Virus record (IMG/VR): IMGVR_UViG_3300037502_000804 | Coordinates: 1 to 44,400 of that record | DNA: 44,400 nucleotides | Source of the DNA: a virus | Reading direction: 5' to 3' (one strand) | In this document: positions 1-6,821 of the stretch, piece by piece | Numbering within the stretch: position 1 is the first letter of the stretch | Layout: the number at the start of each line of letters is the position of its first letter | Made by a program: the position numbers and the translations under genes | Notes under the pieces: model-generated | What the model was told of the DNA's origin: nothing | The model's database searches: none | The model's input: only the letters and a program-made list of their open reading frames with translations

Positions 1-127
1 GATCATGTCGTTCATATGGTTTTTCATAAAATATTCAAAATCAAATGTTGGAGATCCATATACCGTTCTGTGATTTAAATATTTATAAAATTCATTTCTA
101 TAACAACCAATAGTTAAATCAAAATCT
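1..127. repeat. Terminal direct duplication, copy 1 (127 bp, identical to 44274-44400)
   Basis: Base-by-base comparison by eye is identical. The length equals a common assembler k-mer, so it is most simply the overlap of a circular contig. Confidence 0.9.
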
Positions 128-228
128 TCAGACTCAATATACTTAAATCCAATATCTTCTAAATGTTTTGATAACTCATTTCGTTGATCTTTATTTTTGC
201 ACTCAATATAAAAACTCTCAAATTTCAT
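1..228 (-). CDS. N-terminal 76 codons of the junction-spanning HTH/coiled-coil/TM protein (same gene as 43734-44400)
   Basis: ATG at 228 is preceded by AGGAGA plus 7 nt (caggagaaacaaagATG). There is no stop through base 1. It is in frame with the MKNHMNDM... segment, which is duplicated at the window end. Confidence 0.7.
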   Translation of the reverse strand, partial: MKFESFYIECKNKDQRNELSKHLEDIGFKYIESEDFDLTIGCYRNEFYKYLNHRTVYGSPTFDFEYFMKNHMNDMI

Positions 229-256
229 CTTTGTTTCTCCTGTTAAGATAATCACT

Positions 257-284
257 ATAGTAAACTAATATTTATAATTTGCAA
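257..284 (-). promoter_or_regulatory. Leftward early promoter: -35 TTGCAA (284-279), 16-nt spacer, -10 TACTAT (262-257)
   Basis: Sigma70-like hexamers on the minus strand. The -10 lies in TTTACTATAGTGA, a degenerate copy of the 15-bp motif. Confidence 0.55.
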
Positions 285-307
285 TAGTTAATTTAATAAA
301 CTACAAT
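279..307 (+). promoter_or_regulatory. Rightward early promoter: -35 TTGCAA (279-284), 17-nt spacer, -10 TACAAT (302-307)
   Basis: Near-consensus hexamers sit about 22 nt upstream of AGGAG and ATG 330. The -35 is the same palindromic hexamer used by the leftward promoter. GCAATAGTTA (281-290) resembles the motif core. Confidence 0.6.
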
Positions 308-329
308 GAAGAAAAATTAGGAGTTTAAA

Positions 330-755
330 ATGAAAGTATTGAAAGTTTTTGAAGGGACGGCAGAAGTGGTTGATTTTGAATTAACTACTCGAAGCTTCTT
401 CTATAAAGGAGAAAAGTTAAAACACGAACCAAATAGCAAAAAAACAGGTTTGCTAGCAAAGCGTAAAGTATCGGATGATAATGAGCCAGAATATTTCTAC
501 AGCTTGAATAGTGACTATGTAAAAGAAAACTACCCCAAATTATTTACGGGTATGCGGAGTGTTGACTGGCCAAAAATTATTGATGAAGTATTTAAATACA
601 ATAATATTTCTCAACATCAGCTTGGGAATATGACTGGGATTTCAACTGCATATATTCAGTGGTTGCGTGAAGGCGTTCGCAAAAACCCAAGTTTTGAAAT
701 GGGAATGGCTATTATAAACCTACACCCAAACAAAAAAGAACTTTTGGAAATTTAA
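330..755 (+). CDS. HTH (XRE/Cro-CI-like) DNA-binding regulator, first rightward early gene
   Basis: AGGAG SD. C-terminal segment ISQHQLGNMTGISTAYIQWLREG has a helix-turn-helix pattern. A terminator follows. Confidence 0.6.
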   Translation: MKVLKVFEGTAEVVDFELTTRSFFYKGEKLKHEPNSKKTGLLAKRKVSDDNEPEYFYSLNSDYVKENYPKLFTGMRSVDWPKIIDEVFKYNNISQHQLGNMTGISTAYIQWLREGVRKNPSFEMGMAIINLHPNKKELLEI

Positions 756-770
756 TAATTTACAGCAATC

Positions 771-796
771 AACCCTCCTAGTGAGGGTTTTATTTT
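771..796 (+). terminator. Rho-independent terminator
   Basis: aaccctc-ctagt-gagggtt stem-loop followed by ttttatttt. Confidence 0.7.
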
Positions 797-806
797 GCAT
801 ATAATA

Positions 807-821
807 TTTACTATTGAGAAT
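807..821 (+). promoter_or_regulatory. 15-bp motif TTTACTATTGAGAAT, site 1
   Basis: Exact match in the intergenic region. TTTACT-17 nt-TAAGAT (830-835) is a possible promoter for 861. Confidence 0.6.
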
Positions 822-860
822 TAATTAGGTAAGATTGTTTTTATTTAACGAGATTAATGC

Positions 861-1064
861 ATGAAATACACAGAAGACTTTCAAAAACTGGTTGATGAGA
901 AATTCAATTTAATTCTGGATGAGCTAAAGAAGTCCGTAGCAGATGCAATTCTCTATGGATCAACATTTAACACAATAACTTATGATGCAAATTTAGATGA
1001 AATAAAGTTTGCTGAAATTGACAAAAAATCAGTAGTTATTACTTACAAGGATAAATGGAAATGA
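861..1064 (+). CDS. Hypothetical early protein
   Basis: ORF of 67 aa that follows the motif promoter. Confidence 0.6.
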   Translation: MKYTEDFQKLVDEKFNLILDELKKSVADAILYGSTFNTITYDANLDEIKFAEIDKKSVVITYKDKWK

Positions 1065-1306
1065 ACCACGTAATTAATGACGGCTTTATGAATCCTGACC
1101 GTTTTGGCTATGCAGTAATTCCTTTTAAGATTAGCGATAAAGATCCTAGAAAGGATGTGCCAATATGGCGAATCAATCGAACCAATGCAAGGTCTATGGG
1201 CAAGAGATTCTATGAGCATACTAAGCCTTGCAAATGTGGTTCATTTCTAAGACGTGTTTATAACAATGAATGTTTTGATTGCTGGAAGTTGGAGAAGAAA
1301 AAATGA
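1055..1306 (+). CDS. Hypothetical protein with C-terminal Cys4 zinc-ribbon-like motif (CKC...CFDC)
   Basis: ORF overlaps both neighbours. Contains the cysteine pairs C-x-C and C-x2-C. Confidence 0.55.
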   Translation: MEMNHVINDGFMNPDRFGYAVIPFKISDKDPRKDVPIWRINRTNARSMGKRFYEHTKPCKCGSFLRRVYNNECFDCWKLEKKK

Positions 1307-1758
1307 ATGTACATTTCAGTAGTGCTAAGCAAACTTGGGAGACTCCACAGGATTTATTTGACAGATTAAATGATATTTTTAATTTTAATTTAGATGCATG
1401 TGCGGAGGATGATACAGCAAAAGTTAAAAAATATTTCACCATAGATGATAATGCATTAATTCAAGACTGGATTGGAAGTGTCTGGTGCAACCCTCCCTAT
1501 AACAGGGAGCAAATTAAATTTATAGAAAAAGCTTTGAATGAGAGTTTAAAACACAAATCCACTGTAGTTTTGTTAATACCAGCAAGGCCAGAAACAAAAG
1601 TGTGGCAAAACCTAATATTCAAAAATGCTTCGCAAATATGTTTTATAAAAGGAAGGCTTAAATTTGGCAACAGTAAGCATAATGCTCCATTTCCTAGCGC
1701 CTTGATTGTGTTTGGAAAGCATATTGATCTTAGTGAATTTGGTTTTTGTGTTTATTAA
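1303..1758 (+). CDS. dam: Phage Dam-type DNA N6-adenine methyltransferase
   Basis: NPPY catalytic motif (WCNPPYN). N-terminus FSSAKQTWETPQDLF is typical of the phage Dam family. Start trimmed to ATG 1303, an ATGA overlap with the upstream stop, with a GGAGAAG SD. Confidence 0.8.
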   Translation: MNVHFSSAKQTWETPQDLFDRLNDIFNFNLDACAEDDTAKVKKYFTIDDNALIQDWIGSVWCNPPYNREQIKFIEKALNESLKHKSTVVLLIPARPETKVWQNLIFKNASQICFIKGRLKFGNSKHNAPFPSALIVFGKHIDLSEFGFCVY

Positions 1759-1763
1759 TTATT

Positions 1764-1786
1764 AAGCCCTTCGGGGCTTTTTATTT
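1764..1786 (+). terminator. Rho-independent terminator
   Basis: aagccc-ttcg-gggctt stem-loop plus a T-run. Confidence 0.75.
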
Positions 1787-1842
1787 ACCCTTCATATTAG
1801 TTTTTATTATTAATTTTAATTTAATTGATAAAAATTATTTAT

Positions 1843-1871
1843 TTTACTTAATCAATAAAACATCACATAAT
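1843..1871 (+). promoter_or_regulatory. Sigma70-like promoter TTTACT-17 nt-CATAAT
   Basis: Hexamers with 17-nt spacing, upstream of AAGGAG and TTG 1902. Confidence 0.45.
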
Positions 1872-1901
1872 GACATCACACAAAGCAAAAGGAGATTAGA
1901 A

Positions 1902-2075
1902 TTGTCTAAGCCAGCAACTTCATTTTTATTTTTAGGCGAACTAAAACCGCTTGAAAGTACGATTATTGAAAACACCAAGAGAACAAAAGTCCGTGATGCT
2001 ATTCGCCGTTATGGGGATAGAAAGTTTAATACAACTCAAGTTGGGAACAATGTAATTGTAACTCGTATTCAGTGA
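1902..2075 (+). CDS. Small hypothetical protein (57 aa, TTG start)
   Basis: AAGGAG sits 7 nt before TTG 1902. The track ORF 1746-2075 would run through the terminator and promoter, so it was trimmed. Confidence 0.5.
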   Translation: MSKPATSFLFLGELKPLESTIIENTKRTKVRDAIRRYGDRKFNTTQVGNNVIVTRIQ

Positions 2076-2085
2076 GAATATAAAA

Positions 2086-2790
2086 ATGAGCTTAATTCAG
2101 TCAAATATTAAAACAATGTCTAGTCTCGAAATTTCAGAATTAACTGGAAAGCGACACGACAATGTAAAAAGACTTATCGAGTCTTTTAGTCGAGATATTG
2201 AAAGTAGAAAAGCCTTAATAGCACGTCCTCACAGTGAGGTTATGCAAAAAGAAGTTAATGGTCGTATTTATGAGTACGAAGTTTATATTTTTGCTGGAGA
2301 GCAAGGGAAATTAGATTCTATTACCGTTGTTGCTCAGTTATGCCCTGAATTTACAGCAGCACTTGTTAAGCGTTGGTATGAACTAGAAAACCAATCACTC
2401 AAGCCACAACTACCAGACTTCACAAATCCAGTTGAGGCTGCTCGAGCATGGGCAGATGAAGTTGAAGCAAAGCAGATTGCACAAGAGCAATTAAAGCTTG
2501 CAGCTCCGAAGGTTGAATACTTTGACCGTGTAGCGGATGTGAATAATTACATGAATGCCACTACAGTTGGTCAAAAGGTTGGCATGAGTGGCACGGCATT
2601 GAATAAGCAGTTAGAGCAGTTCGATGTTTATAACCGAACAATCAAGACAGGTCGCGTATTTCAACAATGGTTTATCGACAAGGGCTTGGGCGTGATGAAA
2701 AAGACAGACAATGGATATAACCAATCTCGTTTTACCAACAAAGGTGAGCAGTGGGTTATCCAAAAACTAACAAGCGAGGGGATTGTTTAA
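2086..2790 (+). CDS. Rha-family N-terminal domain fused to KilAC-type antirepressor C-terminal domain
   Basis: MSSLEISELTGKRHDNVKRLIE matches the Rha/pRha pattern. AAPKVEYFDRVADVNNYMNATTVGQKVGMS matches the KilAC pattern. Confidence 0.7.
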   Translation: MSLIQSNIKTMSSLEISELTGKRHDNVKRLIESFSRDIESRKALIARPHSEVMQKEVNGRIYEYEVYIFAGEQGKLDSITVVAQLCPEFTAALVKRWYELENQSLKPQLPDFTNPVEAARAWADEVEAKQIAQEQLKLAAPKVEYFDRVADVNNYMNATTVGQKVGMSGTALNKQLEQFDVYNRTIKTGRVFQQWFIDKGLGVMKKTDNGYNQSRFTNKGEQWVIQKLTSEGIV

Positions 2791-2958
2791 ATGAAAATTG
2801 AATTTGTTTATATATCAATAATCATTGGTCTTGTTCTATTTGGAATCTTTACCACTCATCACAGCATAAATGATATTCGACTTGATAGGTGTAGAGGTAA
2901 GGATGCAGGAACTCCCGTAATGGTATACGGCAGGGCTTACACTTGCACTGGAAACTAA
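2791..2958 (+). CDS. Small membrane protein (55 aa), not in ORF track
   Basis: ATG directly abuts the upstream stop. N-terminal hydrophobic helix FVYISIIIGLVLFGIF. A terminator follows. Confidence 0.5.
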   Translation: MKIEFVYISIIIGLVLFGIFTTHHSINDIRLDRCRGKDAGTPVMVYGRAYTCTGN

Positions 2959-2964
2959 AAACAC

Positions 2965-2991
2965 ATACGCCCATCGTGGCGTATTTTTTTA
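2965..2991 (+). terminator. Rho-independent terminator
   Basis: atacgcc-catcgt-ggcgtat stem-loop plus ttttttt. Confidence 0.75.
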
Positions 2992-3094
2992 TCATAAAAA
3001 CTTTTGGTTATTAATTTACATATTAATCATTAAATTTATTTATTAGACATTATGTTATTTATATACAATAATGACGTAACAAAAGGAGAAACAC

Positions 3095-3277
3095 ATGACA
3101 AACTTTCCATTACGCTTAGAACCTGAGTTCAAAAAAGAACTTCAAGAGCTTGCTAAAAAAGACAAACGCAGTCTAACCAAGTTTATTGAAAAGATCCTTG
3201 AGGATTATGTCGATAACGAAAAAGCTAATGAGCGCTTAAACCAAAAGCGAATCAATGTAAATATTGATGATCTTTGA
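3095..3277 (+). CDS. Ribbon-helix-helix (CopG/Arc/antitoxin-like) DNA-binding protein
   Basis: FPLRLEPEFKKELQELAKKDKRSLTKFIEKIL fits the beta-strand plus two-helix RHH pattern. GGAGA SD. Confidence 0.6.
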   Translation: MTNFPLRLEPEFKKELQELAKKDKRSLTKFIEKILEDYVDNEKANERLNQKRINVNIDDL

Positions 3278-3288
3278 TTGGTGAAACT

Positions 3289-3501
3289 ATGAACGAAATA
3301 TCAAAAGAAGCTTTATTCTTTATGACTTGGTTTGAAAAAGAATATCCCGAATTTATCAATCAATTTGGTGAAGTAAAAAACTTTTACGACCATGAAAAAG
3401 ATGAATTCATGATTGAAGAAATACAAGACGCTTACATTGATCGAAAGAAAGGTGAAGAACCAATGCCAATGTATTTCGGGGTTAGTGGTCAGTTTAGATG
3501 A
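3289..3501 (+). CDS. Hypothetical acidic protein
   Basis: ORF trimmed from TTG 3274 to ATG 3289. A terminator follows. Confidence 0.55.
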   Translation: MNEISKEALFFMTWFEKEYPEFINQFGEVKNFYDHEKDEFMIEEIQDAYIDRKKGEEPMPMYFGVSGQFR

Positions 3502-3520
3502 CTATTAGTACCTACTAACG

Positions 3521-3543
3521 AGGGCTTAGCGCCCTTTTTTTAT
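3521..3543 (+). terminator. Rho-independent terminator
   Basis: agggc-ttagc-gccct stem-loop plus ttttttt. Confidence 0.7.
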
Positions 3544-3583
3544 TTGACAAAAAACTTGCTTTATATAAAATTTTATATAAAAT
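3544..3583 (+). promoter_or_regulatory. Promoter region (TTGACA 3544-3549; TTGCTT 3556-3561 with 16 nt to TAAAAT 3578-3583)
   Basis: Hexamers read from the sequence. Which -35/-10 pairing is used is uncertain. Confidence 0.35.
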
Positions 3584-3605
3584 ATCATGTAAACAGGAGA
3601 AAGAA

Positions 3606-3818
3606 ATGAAATTTATATCTATTAGCAGCATTCAAAAATCAAACAAAGTTATCTTAGAAAATGACGTTGTTTGTGTTCTTAAGAACAATACTCCAGCTTT
3701 TTATACAGTGTCTGTTGAGAGGATGCAACAACTTCTTGCTATGGAGAAATCCTTAAAAGCATCAGTTCAATATCAAATAGACAAGGTAGCGGAATCTTTA
3801 TCTATTGACTCACTATAG
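3606..3818 (+). CDS. Phd/YefM-type antitoxin-like small protein (orphan)
   Basis: FISISSIQKSNKVILENDVVCVLKNNTPAFYTVSVERMQQLL resembles the Phd/YefM N-terminal fold pattern. No Doc/YoeB/RelE-like partner is adjacent. Confidence 0.4.
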   Translation: MKFISISSIQKSNKVILENDVVCVLKNNTPAFYTVSVERMQQLLAMEKSLKASVQYQIDKVAESLSIDSL

Positions 3819-3828
3819 GAGATATTGA

Positions 3829-4572
3829 ATGTTTTATTACAAAAAAAACATAGGTGACTATTACAAAAAAACTGGTCGGCTATCAATGCTTGAGCACGGA
3901 GCGTACACGCTTTTGATTGATGCGTGTTATGACCGTGAACGATTCCCTACGCTTGATGAGGCTTTGGACTGGACTTGGGCAAGAACTGACGCAGAAATAG
4001 AGGCAGTTAAGTTTATTTTAAGTAAGTTCTTTACTCTTGATGGTGATATTTACGTTCAGAAACGTATTCAAGATGAACTTGATAAATATCACGCTATGTC
4101 TGAACAAAACTCAAGAATAGCCAAAGAGCGTGAGGAAAAACGCAGGAATCGTAAACGAATCGAGCACGAAGCGTGCACAGATGGTGAACAAGTCGTAAAC
4201 GAAGCGCCACCTAACCAAGAACCAAGAACCAAGAACCAAGAACCAAATATATATACACAGGACAAGCCTGTGAAATTTGTGTTCAAAAAGAAATTGGAAG
4301 AATTTGGAGCTGATACTAAGTTGGTTTCAGACTGGCTTGTGGTTAGAAAAGGAAAGAATGCAGCAAACACAGAAACGGCTTTGAATGGTTTTATGTCTCA
4401 GGTCGAAAAGTCTGGTCTTGATGTAAACACTGTTTTAAAGATTTGCGTTGATAACTCTTGGAGTGGTTTTAAACAAAGCTGGTTAGCAAACATAAACATG
4501 AGTGACTACTTGGAACAACCAAAGCAAGAAGTTAAACAGCAAGCTAATGATTTTGATTGGGCGGATTTCTAA
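3829..4572 (+). CDS. Replication initiation/replisome organiser protein (DUF1376, YdaU-like)
   Basis: N-terminus YYKKNIGDYYKKTGRLSMLEHGAYTLLIDACY is typical of DUF1376. It lies directly upstream of the DnaB helicase gene. Confidence 0.65.
   Translation: MFYYKKNIGDYYKKTGRLSMLEHGAYTLLIDACYDRERFPTLDEALDWTWARTDAEIEAVKFILSKFFTLDGDIYVQKRIQDELDKYHAMSEQNSRIAKEREEKRRNRKRIEHEACTDGEQVVNEAPPNQEPRTKNQEPNIYTQDKPVKFVFKKKLEEFGADTKLVSDWLVVRKGKNAANTETALNGFMSQVEKSGLDVNTVLKICVDNSWSGFKQSWLANINMSDYLEQPKQEVKQQANDFDWADF
4213..4246 (+). repeat. Tandem heptamer (AACCAAG) x4 plus a partial copy, followed by AATATATATA
   Basis: Read directly from the sequence. It lies inside the replication protein gene and encodes NQEPRTKNQEP. 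Confidence 0.85.
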
Positions 4573-5873
4573 TGACTACAAACTTACATTCGATACCATA
4601 TGAGCAATATGTTTTATCTTTCTTGATGGATGATGAAAACTCTTGGGCTAGTCTTGACGTTAAGCCATGCTTAGATGATTTTTACTCAGATCGTCATAAA
4701 GAGATTTTTAAGGCAATCGAAAATCAACGTATGCTTGGAAAACCATTTGATCAAATTACAATGCTTGAAGTGTTTAAGGATTTAGGCAAATTAGATTCAA
4801 TTGGTGGCGAAGAATATCTTGTTGAGATGTGTTCTGTGTTTGCTGCTCCATCGGCTACAGGTTTTTACATTGAAAAACTAAAAAAACTTGCTGAATGTCG
4901 AAAAGTCGAAGAGGTCGGTAAGAAGATTGTTGAACTAGCACAAAACACAATGCAAGAGGATATGCCTAGAATCGCACAGGAGCTTGCTAGTGGCTTAGAA
5001 AGTGTTTTGGCTACTGACACTAGGATTGATATTGCAAATAGCTCTGCTGAGGCTCTGAGAGTGCTTAGTGAGAAGATTCAGCATAAGACAAGCAAAGACG
5101 GGTTAGCTTATGGTGTGAATACTGGGTTGCATAACCTAGATGCATTACTTGGTGACATTGAGCCTAGTCACTTTTGTGTGATTGCTGCTGCACCTGGTGG
5201 CGGTAAAACCACAATGGCTCAGATGATTGCTTTGAATGCAGTAAAGCGTAATGATGTGCCATGCTTGTTCATATCTTGCGAAATGGCACACTACGAGCTT
5301 ACTAGCCGTATTGTGAGTGCTGTCGGTCGAATACCCTTTGACAACATTCAAAGCGGAAAAATGGAAGCTGATGATTTTGAAAGATGGGTTCAAACTACTG
5401 CACATGAATTGCAGAAATACAAATTGGATATTGTCGATAAAGCAGGTATTACAATCAATGAAATTCGTGGGGAGGTTAAGAAATCAATTGCTAAACATGG
5501 CTCAATTGGGTGTGTCATTGTTGACTACATTCAGTTGTTGAATGACCCAAGTTCTAAAGATCAATTTGAGAGAATTTCCAATGTGTCTACGGGATTAAAG
5601 CGAATAGCAAAAGATTTTAAAGTACCTGTTATCGGACTGTCACAGTTGACCAAAGAAGCACAAGGAAGAAAGATCACTATGTCTGATTTGCGTGGATCGG
5701 GTCAGATTTCGCAAGATGCCGACAAGATTATTTTGCTATCCCCTGCTTCAAATGAGGTTGGTGTTGTAACTGCTGAAGTTGCAAAGAATAGACAAGGTAT
5801 GAAAGGCGAAGCTAGATTACAAACTAGATTTAATTATTGCCAATTTGCGGCTCCAAAAGTAGAGGATTTTTAA
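4572..5873 (+). CDS. dnaB: Replicative DNA helicase (DnaB family)
   Basis: Walker A AAAPGGGKTT and DnaB-like motifs (RGSGQISQDADKI). Start trimmed to ATG 4572, which overlaps the upstream stop. Confidence 0.85.
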   Translation: MTTNLHSIPYEQYVLSFLMDDENSWASLDVKPCLDDFYSDRHKEIFKAIENQRMLGKPFDQITMLEVFKDLGKLDSIGGEEYLVEMCSVFAAPSATGFYIEKLKKLAECRKVEEVGKKIVELAQNTMQEDMPRIAQELASGLESVLATDTRIDIANSSAEALRVLSEKIQHKTSKDGLAYGVNTGLHNLDALLGDIEPSHFCVIAAAPGGGKTTMAQMIALNAVKRNDVPCLFISCEMAHYELTSRIVSAVGRIPFDNIQSGKMEADDFERWVQTTAHELQKYKLDIVDKAGITINEIRGEVKKSIAKHGSIGCVIVDYIQLLNDPSSKDQFERISNVSTGLKRIAKDFKVPVIGLSQLTKEAQGRKITMSDLRGSGQISQDADKIILLSPASNEVGVVTAEVAKNRQGMKGEARLQTRFNYCQFAAPKVEDF

Positions 5874-6140
5874 ATGAATTTAATTGATATGCTTGGTGGT
5901 TATGATGTCGTTAAGGCTAAATCTGAAAGCGATATTCTATACGGAGAAAAGATTTATCTTAAACGTGCGCTTTTAGAATACCGCCGTCAAAATGAAATCT
6001 ACGAACTTGGCGACCTTGTTGTATTTAAGGAGAAATATAGCAAGGACAGTGTTATTCATAAGATTGATAGTTTGCGTGCAGGTACTAAGTGTTTACGTCA
6101 CGCAACGGATGAAGAGATAGAGAAGGGGTATAGAGTATGA
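5874..6140 (+). CDS. Hypothetical protein
   Basis: ORF abuts the dnaB stop. Confidence 0.6.
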   Translation: MNLIDMLGGYDVVKAKSESDILYGEKIYLKRALLEYRRQNEIYELGDLVVFKEKYSKDSVIHKIDSLRAGTKCLRHATDEEIEKGYRV

Positions 6141-6427
6141 ATAACATACTAAATTCTTGGTTTAGAAAGCCAGATGATAGATTTTATAAATTCCATAAAA
6201 TGATGTGCGAATCACTTATTGATCAAACATGTTTTTATGATTCGGAATATAAGACAAGGGTTGTTCTAATAAGCTCCAGTTGTTGGGATGGTGATTTTAT
6301 GACTTCGAATTATGAATTTGTTGCTGTGGGAAAGGTTGGCTTGCGTCAGCGTTACTATCCAGACAAGGTTGTTTTAAATATATTTGACGCGAGATTTAGG
6401 ATTAAACCCATAATCACATGTAAATAA
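6137..6427 (+). CDS. Hypothetical protein
   Basis: ORF with an ATGA overlap. Confidence 0.6.
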   Translation: MNNILNSWFRKPDDRFYKFHKMMCESLIDQTCFYDSEYKTRVVLISSSCWDGDFMTSNYEFVAVGKVGLRQRYYPDKVVLNIFDARFRIKPIITCK

Positions 6428-6439
6428 TTCAAAAAACAT

Positions 6440-6468
6440 TTGCAATTATTCTCGATAGTGTTTACTAT
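6440..6468 (+). promoter_or_regulatory. Sigma70-like promoter TTGCAA-17 nt-TACTAT
   Basis: The -10 is part of the 15-bp motif. The spacer carries an inverted imperfect copy (ATTCTCGATAGTG, 6448-6460). Confidence 0.6.
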
Positions 6469-6475
6469 TGAGAAT
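6461..6475 (+). promoter_or_regulatory. 15-bp motif TTTACTATTGAGAAT, site 2 (paired with inverted copy 6448-6460)
   Basis: Exact match. Confidence 0.7.
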
Positions 6476-6498
6476 ATAAATTAACAGAGAGTCTTATT

Positions 6499-6711
6499 AT
6501 GGAATTGGTTTTAGTTGTTTCAGTAATTTTGTATTTCGCGCCTAGCATTATTGGTTTTATGCGTGGACATGCAAGCAAGTGGGCAATCTTTGCAATGAAT
6601 TTGTTTTTGGGTTGGTCTGTGATTTTCTGGTTCTGGAGCTTGTTTTGGTCTTTGTCAAATAAAGGCGGAAATCAAACAGTAATCGTAAATAACCAGATCA
6701 ACAACAAATGA
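6499..6711 (+). CDS. Superinfection immunity protein (Imm_superinfect family, two TM helices)
   Basis: YFAPSIIGFMRGHASKWAIFAMNLFLGWSVIFWFWSLFWS matches the family signature as recalled. Confidence 0.7.
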   Translation: MELVLVVSVILYFAPSIIGFMRGHASKWAIFAMNLFLGWSVIFWFWSLFWSLSNKGGNQTVIVNNQINNK

Positions 6712-6821
6712 GCAAAGAGTTTATAGGATTTGCAAAAGTCATGGTTTTGTTTTATTTGATCGTGATTTTTGCAGTAATGGGGTTAAGTAGGTTAATTCAC
6801 AATGTGGTATGGGGTGTGTGA
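6708..6821 (+). CDS. Small membrane protein (37 aa), not in ORF track
   Basis: ATGA overlap upstream and TGATG overlap downstream. Hydrophobic core VMVLFYLIVIFAVMGL. Confidence 0.45.
   Translation: MSKEFIGFAKVMVLFYLIVIFAVMGLSRLIHNVVWGV

Noticed and set aside
1221-1442. Antisense or embedded ORFs listed in the track. Examples: 1221-1442, 4089-4370, 5145-5405, 5317-5541, 7392-7592, 7552-7845, 8411-8656, 9031-9246, 9758-10033, 10622-10894, 11129-11509, 11855-12037, 12399-12653, 13288-13542, 15253-15556, 20312-20760, 21038-21229, 25223-25459, 25729-25971, 26653-26859, 27645-27860, 30127-30330, 32009-32269, 32408-32734, 33168-33446, 36959-37147, 37268-37830, 39105-39290, 39607-39810, 40538-40868, 41400-41693, 41973-42167, 42701-42901 and 43008-43217
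   Set aside because: Each lies wholly inside, or antisense to, a longer ORF that has recognisable function or synteny. None has an SD, and their composition is odd. They are treated as shadow ORFs.
4213-4246. Possible CRISPR-like or satellite array
   Set aside because: It is only four 7-bp units with no spacers, and it lies inside a coding region. It is interpreted instead as possible iterons.
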